Source: Mucinivorans sp. (GTDB lineage: Bacteria > Bacteroidota > Bacteroidia > Bacteroidales > Rikenellaceae). From it: a stretch of 46,141 bases of DNA. Below the pieces are notes generated by a model. That model had not been told where the DNA came from, searched no databases, and was given only the letters and a program-made list of their open reading frames with translations. Every line of letters starts with the position of its first letter. Position 1 is the first letter of the stretch. The stretch covers positions 1 through 46,141 of the forward strand of contig JAVWYC010000001.1 of assembly GCA_036661755.1 (NCBI GenBank), read 5' to 3'. Positions 39,668-46,141 of this stretch are shown piece after piece. The position numbers and the translations under genes are program-made.

Positions 39668-42303
39668 TATTTCAAGCCTATCACACGCTTAATTTCGCTT
39701 AACTTGTTGAGAGCCTCCAAAGGAGTCAAACTATCCAAGTCGAGCCCCATAATCTTATCCCTAACTGCCAACAAGGTAGGGTCGTCCATCTGAAAAAAAC
39801 TCATTTGCATGGCCGGCAAACCCTCGCTCGGCTTAGGCAACGAAGCAGATAAATCATTATGCCCATCGCTACGCTTGCTCTCCAAAGCGGCCAAAACGCT
39901 CTCGGCCCTTGCAATAACGGCCGACGGCATACCGGCCATCTTTGCCACATGAATACCGAAAGAGTGCTCGCTCGAACCACGCACCAAAGTACGCAAAAAA
40001 ACAACACGACGATCGACCTCACGAACCGAAACATTATAATTCTTAATCCTCGCAAATTGCGCCTCCATCTCGCCCAATTCGTGGTAGTGAGTAGCAAAAA
40101 GAACCTTGGCCTTACTCTTTTGGTGCAACCACTCCACGATGGCCCACGCGATAGATATACCATCGTAAGTGCTAGTCCCGCGACCTATTTCGTCGAGCAA
40201 AACCAACGAACGATCGCTGATGTTGTTCAAAATATTGGCCGCCTCCAACATCTCGACCATAAAGGTCGATTCGCCACTCGTTATGTTGTCTGACGCCCCA
40301 ACGCGTGTGAAAATTCGATCCAGCATCGACAAATGTGCCTTGGAAGCGGCGACGAAACTGCCAGCTTGCGCCATAATGGCAGCCAAAGCCACCGAACGCA
40401 ACAAAGCCGATTTACCCGCCATGTTAGGCCCCGTGATCATAATTATCTGCTGATCACTGTCGTCTAGATGAATGTCGTTGGGAATGTATGGCTCGCCGAG
40501 CGGCAAACGACGCTCGATCACAGGGTGACGCAAAGCCTTGATGTCCAACACACCACCCTTCTCCTCTAATTCGGCACGACAATAATTGTGCTCGATGGCC
40601 GAAAGTGCAAAACCGAGCAACGTATCCAAACGAGCCACGGCAGCCGATGATGCTTTGAGCTGCGCCACGTAGGGCAAAAGCCACTCCACCAATTGTCCGT
40701 AAATTTGATTTTCTATTTCCGCTATTTTGCTCTCGGCACCCAAGATTTTTTCTTCGTACTCTTTGAGTTCCTCGGTAATATAGCGTTCGGCGTTCACGAG
40801 CGTCTGTTTGCGGATCCATTCGTTTGGCACTTTGTCGCGGTGAGCGTTGCGCACTTCGATATAGTAACCAAAAACGTTGTTGAAACTAATTTTGAGCGAC
40901 GAAATCCCTGTACGTTCGGCCTCGCGTTTTTGAATTTCTTGCAAGAAATCTTTCCCTCCCGTGCTGATGCGCCGCAATTGGTCAAGATCCGCATCGACCC
41001 CCGAAGCGATCACCGCCCCCCGCCCGAGAGTTACCGCAGGTTCGGGCAACAAGATGGCGCAAATATGTTCACGCACCGCAGTATTCAATGCGATTTGGTC
41101 GCCTATTTCGTTCAACTTCGGGCACTGAGCCCCCAGAGCCAAAGCACGCAAAGAGTCCATAAAACCAATCGAACGAGCGAGCGAAGCCACCTCGCGAGGA
41201 GTGGAACGAAAAGCCGAAACCTTGGCCACCACACGCTCCGGATCGCCAACCGAATGAAGGCTCTCGGTCAGCTCGCCTCGCAAATCGGGATTGAGTATCA
41301 AAAACTCCACCACATCGCCCCGCGCCGAAGCAACGGCAGCCGAACGCAAAGGAAGCGACAACCAACGACGCAACATGCGCGCCCCCATTGGGCTCGCCGT
41401 ACGATCCAAAATGTCGACAAGCGCCGTGCCTCCTTGGTTCAAAGGGTGAAAAATTTCGAGGTTACGGATCGAATAACGATCCAGCCACACAAATTTATCT
41501 TCGTCGAGGCGCGAAATTTGAGTGACATGCCCCAATGCGGTATGCTTTGTGAAATCCAGATAATAGAGCGTCGCACCGGCCGCCATAATACCAAGTGGCA
41601 TATTTTCGATGCCAAAACCTTTGAGCGAGACAACAGAAAATTGTTTCAACAACTTTTCGCGATTGTTGTCCTCCACCCACGCCCATTCATCGAGTCGATA
41701 GGTGTAAAGATCTGACCCAAAGGCCTCTATGAAAAGATCTTTCTGTGGCCCTCGATAGAGCACCTCCTTGGGCGCGAGGTTGCTGATCAATTTGGCTATA
41801 AAATTCACCTCGCCTTCGGCCACAAAAAACTCACCCGTCGACACATCGATAAACGAAGCACCGACAACCTCTTTCTGGCCAAAGGTGACAGCACACAAGA
41901 AACTATTCTCTTTGTGCGATAGTATATTGTCGTTGTAGCTCACTGCCGGTGTAACGAGTTCGGTCACCCCTCGGCGCACGATTCCTTTGGCTGTTTTGGG
42001 ATCTTCGAGCTGCTCGCAAATGGCCACTCGACAGCCAACGGCCACCAATTTGTCCAAATAATTGTCGATAGCATGGTAGGGGAAACCGGCCATCGGAATA
42101 TCACCAGCCGCACCATTGGCTCGACGAGTGAGAGTGATACCCAGTATATCGCTCGCCCGAAGAGCGTCGTCGCCATAGGTTTCATAAAAATCACCAGCGC
42201 GAAAAAGAAGCATCGCATCGGGATATTCTGCCTTTATGCCGTAATATTGTTTCATGAGCGGAGTAACGGCATAGCGTTCGCTCTCTTTGCTTTGATTGGC
42301 CAT
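39667..42303 (-). CDS. mutS: DNA mismatch repair protein MutS
   Basis: TPLMKQY, GDFYE, TGPNMAGKS, STFMVEM, DEIGRGT, ATHYHEL. Confidence 0.98.
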   Translation of the reverse strand: MANQSKESERYAVTPLMKQYYGIKAEYPDAMLLFRAGDFYETYGDDALRASDILGITLTRRANGAAGDIPMAGFPYHAIDNYLDKLVAVGCRVAICEQLEDPKTAKGIVRRGVTELVTPAVSYNDNILSHKENSFLCAVTFGQKEVVGASFIDVSTGEFFVAEGEVNFIAKLISNLAPKEVLYRGPQKDLFIEAFGSDLYTYRLDEWAWVEDNNREKLLKQFSVVSLKGFGIENMPLGIMAAGATLYYLDFTKHTALGHVTQISRLDEDKFVWLDRYSIRNLEIFHPLNQGGTALVDILDRTASPMGARMLRRWLSLPLRSAAVASARGDVVEFLILNPDLRGELTESLHSVGDPERVVAKVSAFRSTPREVASLARSIGFMDSLRALALGAQCPKLNEIGDQIALNTAVREHICAILLPEPAVTLGRGAVIASGVDADLDQLRRISTGGKDFLQEIQKREAERTGISSLKISFNNVFGYYIEVRNAHRDKVPNEWIRKQTLVNAERYITEELKEYEEKILGAESKIAEIENQIYGQLVEWLLPYVAQLKASSAAVARLDTLLGFALSAIEHNYCRAELEEKGGVLDIKALRHPVIERRLPLGEPYIPNDIHLDDSDQQIIMITGPNMAGKSALLRSVALAAIMAQAGSFVAASKAHLSMLDRIFTRVGASDNITSGESTFMVEMLEAANILNNISDRSLVLLDEIGRGTSTYDGISIAWAIVEWLHQKSKAKVLFATHYHELGEMEAQFARIKNYNVSVREVDRRVVFLRTLVRGSSEHSFGIHVAKMAGMPSAVIARAESVLAALESKRSDGHNDLSASLPKPSEGLPAMQMSFFQMDDPTLLAVRDKIMGLDLDSLTPLEALNKLSEIKRVIGLK

Positions 42304-43130
42304 TATACTCTATTTTGCTCTTTATCTATTTCATAACTCATACCTTGGAAGGTCACCCAGGCGTAGTCGTACTCATCGAACGAGGTCGCGTTTTCGTATT
42401 GCGGCTCAATCACTTGCCGATCCTCCATATCCACATAGCCAAACAAACCATCGCGCTCCACAAGCAACAACCCTCGCGAAAATTCAGCCACCCAATCCCA
42501 ACGAGGCTCGACAACAACCCCGCCCAAACGATCCACCACACCACACAAACTTTCATACTCCACATAACAGAGGTGCGATCCGTCGTAGCTCACCTCTTCG
42601 TATTTGGTGTCGATGATCACCTTGCCCTTGATGTCGATCAGGCCACAATACCCTCCACGCTCCACCACGGCACGCCCCTCCGAAAAATCCTCTACTCGAT
42701 CGTATATCGGGTCGATCACCATTCGCCCCAAAGCATCGGCAAAGCCCCATAAGCCATTACGCTCTATGGCACATCGATTCTCGCACTCTTTGCTCGGAGC
42801 ACCCGACGGCGCCCGATTGGAAGAAGGCGAAAAAGGCTCACCCAACCACAAATCATAATACTCCACACCCCCATCGCCTGGCACAAGTAATTCGTTCTTC
42901 AAACATTCACCAACCGCCACATTCCCCTCGGCCGGCTGCACCGAACGAATCCTCAGACGCACCGTGCGCTCCACACCCTCAACACGAATGGCAACCGTCA
43001 CACTGTGGCGCGAGGAACGAAAAATCACCTCGCCATGCTTGTCACGCATCAGCTCCACACGCAGCAAGGTCTGGAAATTCCGAGGATTTTCCATCGCGGC
43101 AATATACATTGAGATAGTAGGATATGTCAT
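42303..43130 (-). CDS. WG-repeat protein with degenerate kinase-N-lobe-like N-terminus
   Basis: About 4 WG/KWG repeats (GLWGFAD..G..VI.P.YD.V.DFSEGRA). The N-terminal YPTIS.Y..A..L..D..G resembles the start of Bacteroidetes Ser/Thr kinases; no catalytic loop. Confidence 0.8.
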   Translation of the reverse strand: MTYPTISMYIAAMENPRNFQTLLRVELMRDKHGEVIFRSSRHSVTVAIRVEGVERTVRLRIRSVQPAEGNVAVGECLKNELLVPGDGGVEYYDLWLGEPFSPSSNRAPSGAPSKECENRCAIERNGLWGFADALGRMVIDPIYDRVEDFSEGRAVVERGGYCGLIDIKGKVIIDTKYEEVSYDGSHLCYVEYESLCGVVDRLGGVVVEPRWDWVAEFSRGLLLVERDGLFGYVDMEDRQVIEPQYENATSFDEYDYAWVTFQGMSYEIDKEQNRV

Positions 43131-43975
43131 TTATGTAATGTAATAGTTGAGCTACCGATATTCATCACCCTTATCAATTCATTCACCCCCGCATTATAGG
43201 CCATCGCACGCATCGAGGGCGAATGTTTGGTGGGCAGTTGATCCGACAATTCGAGGCGATAACTATCCGGCATAATGCTCGATAGATAGAACAGCAGGCG
43301 CGCTTCTTGTGGCAGATCGTCCGTGCGGTCGGGGAAGCTCACTTGGCGATCGCTGGAGCTCGAAATATGAACATTAAAAATTATCGGTTCGCCATCGGCT
43401 GTCCCGTGGCCACGTATTCTATCGACCAGTTCACGCAACGAAGCATCGGTGGCATCGGTTGGTTCGCCGTCTGTGATGTTGATAATGGTGGGCGGGAAAC
43501 CTTCGAGCGAGGATTGGTCGGCTCGCCAAGCAAGCAAAATTTCGAGCACACGACCAAAGGCGGCATACATTGGCGTCTTGCCCTCGGCATACGGATCAAT
43601 CCACACCTTGTACGAAGAATGAATGGTAAGCCGGGCTCCGCTAGCGGTGGTGCAGGTGTTCTGTACCACACGTTTTGACTTGACCAACCACGCCAATTGC
43701 GCCGGCGAGAGTAAACGCGCATCTTCGGGCAACAAAGAGTAGACCCCACGCCCCGAATAACCAATCACCGCAATGTCAAAATAATGACGCCACATATTTC
43801 CGTCGCGACAACGCGCCACAAGCTCCGTTATTGTGTTGTTACACACATCGGCCACCATTTGAGCCTTGGTCTTTTCGCCACATGGGGCGTATGGCTCGTT
43901 CATCGACCCACTTTGGTCGATCATCAGTATAAAAAGCGCACGTGCTGTCTCTGTTATTTGTGCTGTATGCGACAT
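43127..43975 (-). CDS. vWA-domain protein (TerY-like)
   Basis: MIDAS DQSGS, IAVIGYSG, TPM, NITDG, FNVHIS. Confidence 0.88.
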   Translation of the reverse strand: MSHTAQITETARALFILMIDQSGSMNEPYAPCGEKTKAQMVADVCNNTITELVARCRDGNMWRHYFDIAVIGYSGRGVYSLLPEDARLLSPAQLAWLVKSKRVVQNTCTTASGARLTIHSSYKVWIDPYAEGKTPMYAAFGRVLEILLAWRADQSSLEGFPPTIINITDGEPTDATDASLRELVDRIRGHGTADGEPIIFNVHISSSSDRQVSFPDRTDDLPQEARLLFYLSSIMPDSYRLELSDQLPTKHSPSMRAMAYNAGVNELIRVMNIGSSTITLHK

Positions 43976-44017
43976 TTGTCGTGATATTTTGGTTCTATTT
44001 ATAACATTCTAAAACTC

Positions 44018-44025
44018 CAAAATTA
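44018..44025 (-). promoter_or_regulatory. -7 element (TAATTTTG) for the vWA-WG-mutS unit
   Basis: TAnnTTTG match 42 nt upstream of the ATG. Confidence 0.55.
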
Positions 44026-44049
44026 CTGCTTTTTATCGAAATTTGCAAC

Positions 44050-44092
44050 ACTGACAAAATGGCAGTCGAGCCTCCTTTGGCATAATTTTTGT
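44050..44092 (+). promoter_or_regulatory. Palindrome ACTGACA-AAA-TGGCAGT plus sigma54-like TGGCA-N6-TTGT upstream of htpG
   Basis: 6/7 inverted repeat at 44050-44066; GG-N10-GT spacing at 44079-44092. Confidence 0.5.
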
Positions 44093-44142
44093 GAAAACTA
44101 TGTTTTTCGAGAAATTATAAATAATTATATATCAAAAACAGC

Positions 44143-45963
44143 ATGAAAAAAGGTAACATTGGGGTCACAAGCGAAAACATATTCCCCATTATCAAAAAAT
44201 TCCTCTATTCCGATCACGAAATCTTCTTGCGCGAGATTGTCAGCAACGCGGTCGATGCGACAACAAAACTCAAAGCCTTGACCTCTCGCGGCCTGGCAAC
44301 AGAAGACAAAAGCGAAAACAAAGTCACCGTAACACTCGACAGCGAGAATAAAACTATCACCATTTCTGATTCGGGGATCGGTATGAATGCCGAACAAGTG
44401 GAACGCTATATCAACCAAATCGCATTTTCGGGAGCCGAAGAATTTTTGGACAAATACAAAGATACAACCGGCATTATAGGCCATTTTGGGCTGGGCTTCT
44501 ACTCAGCTTTCTTGGTGTCTAGTTCGGTGGAGATTATTTCGCAGTCCTACTTGCCCGATTCTGTAGCCGTACACTGGACTTGCGACGGTTCGCCAAAATA
44601 CACCCTGCAAGACACCACGCGCCCATCGGGCCCCGGAACAGACATCATACTCCACATAGACGACGAAAACACAGAGTACACCACCAAAGAGAGAATCGAA
44701 GGACTGCTCACCAAATATTGTCGTTTTCTACCCGTGCCTATCGAATTTGACGGCCACCAAATCAACGACACCACTCCCTTGTGGACAGTCAAACCAGCCG
44801 AAATCACCGACCAACAATACACCGAGTTCTACCACACGCTCTACCCTATGGCCGAAGAACCGCTATTCCATATTCACCTGAATGTTGACTATCCGTTCAA
44901 TCTGACCGGGATTTTGTATTTCCCGCGCCTGAAAAACAATTTCGAGGTACAGAAAAACAAAATACAGCTCTATTGCAATCAGGTCTACGTCACCGATTCG
45001 GTGGAGGGTATTGTGCCCGAATTTCTAACACTGCTTCATGGTGTGCTTGATTCGCCCGACATTCCGCTCAACGTTTCGCGTTCATACCTGCAAAGCGACG
45101 GCAATGTTAAGAAAATATCGACCCACATCACCAAAAAAGTGGCCGATCGTTTGGCCGATATCTTCAAAAACCAACGCGCCGACTACGAAATGAATTGGGA
45201 CGAATTGAAGCTCTTTATTCAATATGGTGTGGTGAGCAACGAGAAATTCGGCGATCGAGCAACAGAATTTTCGTTACTCAAAAACACGGAGGGCAAATAT
45301 TTCTCGTTAGAGGATTACGCGGCTTCGATCAAAGAGACGCAGACCGACAAAAACGGCAAGATTATTCACCTATACACTCCCGACCCGGTGGCGCAAGATT
45401 CATTTATACAAGCAGCCAAGGCTAAGGGTTACGATGTGTTGGTGATGGACTCGCCGCTCGAGGCTCACTGGATCGGCTTTTTGGAGCACAAACACACCGA
45501 TTGGAGCTTTGTGCGTGTGGATAGCGCGCCGATGGACACGTTGATTGCCAAGGAGAAGGAGGAGCCAATGGCTCTGAGCGAAGATCAACAGAAGGAGATC
45601 GAAAAACTATTTCAGGAGGTACTTCCTAAGCAGGAAGATAAAGTGAAATACACGGTCAAAGTTTCGGCCATGGCTCCCGATAGTGCACCGATGGTGATCA
45701 CGCAAGATGAGTTTATGCGTCGTATGAAGGACATGAGTCGTGTTGGTGGTGGCGGTGGTATGAATTTTTATGGTGAGATTCCCGATTCGTATTCGGTTGT
45801 GGTGAATGGCAATCACTCATTGATTGAAGATTTGTTGGGTAAGGAGTCTACTGAGCAATCGGGCACGGCACAGAAGTTGATTGAGTTGTCGCTTTTGCAG
45901 GCGGGGTTACTTCGTGGTGAGGCTTTGACAAGGTTCATCGCTACGTCTATTGAGAAGTTGTAA
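44143..45963 (+). CDS. htpG: Hsp90 chaperone HtpG
   Basis: LYSDHEIFLREIVSNAVDA, DSGIGM, IGHFGLGFYS, PLNVSR. Confidence 0.98.
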   Translation: MKKGNIGVTSENIFPIIKKFLYSDHEIFLREIVSNAVDATTKLKALTSRGLATEDKSENKVTVTLDSENKTITISDSGIGMNAEQVERYINQIAFSGAEEFLDKYKDTTGIIGHFGLGFYSAFLVSSSVEIISQSYLPDSVAVHWTCDGSPKYTLQDTTRPSGPGTDIILHIDDENTEYTTKERIEGLLTKYCRFLPVPIEFDGHQINDTTPLWTVKPAEITDQQYTEFYHTLYPMAEEPLFHIHLNVDYPFNLTGILYFPRLKNNFEVQKNKIQLYCNQVYVTDSVEGIVPEFLTLLHGVLDSPDIPLNVSRSYLQSDGNVKKISTHITKKVADRLADIFKNQRADYEMNWDELKLFIQYGVVSNEKFGDRATEFSLLKNTEGKYFSLEDYAASIKETQTDKNGKIIHLYTPDPVAQDSFIQAAKAKGYDVLVMDSPLEAHWIGFLEHKHTDWSFVRVDSAPMDTLIAKEKEEPMALSEDQQKEIEKLFQEVLPKQEDKVKYTVKVSAMAPDSAPMVITQDEFMRRMKDMSRVGGGGGMNFYGEIPDSYSVVVNGNHSLIEDLLGKESTEQSGTAQKLIELSLLQAGLLRGEALTRFIATSIEKL

Positions 45964-46013
45964 TTTAATTTTTCGGCCTAGCGATCGAGCGTCGCTGTTT
46001 TGGCTAAGATAAT

Positions 46014-46141
46014 TTTGGCTGAGAAAAACGCAGCTTTTAAGAATAGTTCAGAAAAACGCAGCTTTCAAGAACAGTTAGGAAAAACGCAGTTTTCAAGAAC
46101 CAGTTAAGAAAAAACAACGTTTTCAAGAACAGTTAAGAAAA
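46014..46141. repeat. Partial copy 3 of the element: 28-29-bp tandem repeats (GAAAAACGCAGCTTTCAAGAACAGTTA-like), truncated by window end
   Basis: GAAAAA(C) units at 46023, 46051, 46079, 46108 and 46137; diverged reverse complement of 8272-8375. Confidence 0.9.

Noticed and set aside
40693-41715. Long antisense ORFs (340 aa inside mutS; 215 and 248 aa inside lpdA; others)
   Set aside because: Shadow ORFs opposite conserved genes, with no recognisable motifs or initiation signals.

Overview
46-kb chromosomal segment of a Bacteroidales bacterium; TAnnTTTG promoters, futalosine-pathway genes and gene order suggest Rikenellaceae (inference). Most genes are on the minus strand. The left part holds an RND efflux operon with a LytS/LytTR two-component system and a TolC-HlyD-ABC exporter operon. 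Housekeeping genes follow: lpdA, dapA, ligA, rlmN, two tRNAs, dCMP deaminase, hpf, xerC, mutL, pgi, gpsA, mreBCD-mrdA-rodA, purH, mqnC, mutS and htpG. The main oddities are: (1) a multi-copy ~470-bp non-coding element of hairpins, iterated GCAA(A)CCGC boxes and 28-29-bp tandem repeats, complete at 7908-8375 and partial at both window ends; (2) a tRNA-Ala whose encoded 3'-CCA shares its last A with the rlmN start codon; (3) a TerY-like vWA gene plus a kinase-remnant/WG-repeat gene coupled to mutS; (4) a stand-alone C-terminal domain of a hydrogenase-associated phosphatase with a frame-breaking 10-bp duplication; (5) several apparently leaderless housekeeping genes; (6) abrupt third-codon-position switches within htpG and mqnC. 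All family calls come from motif recognition by eye; no database search was run.
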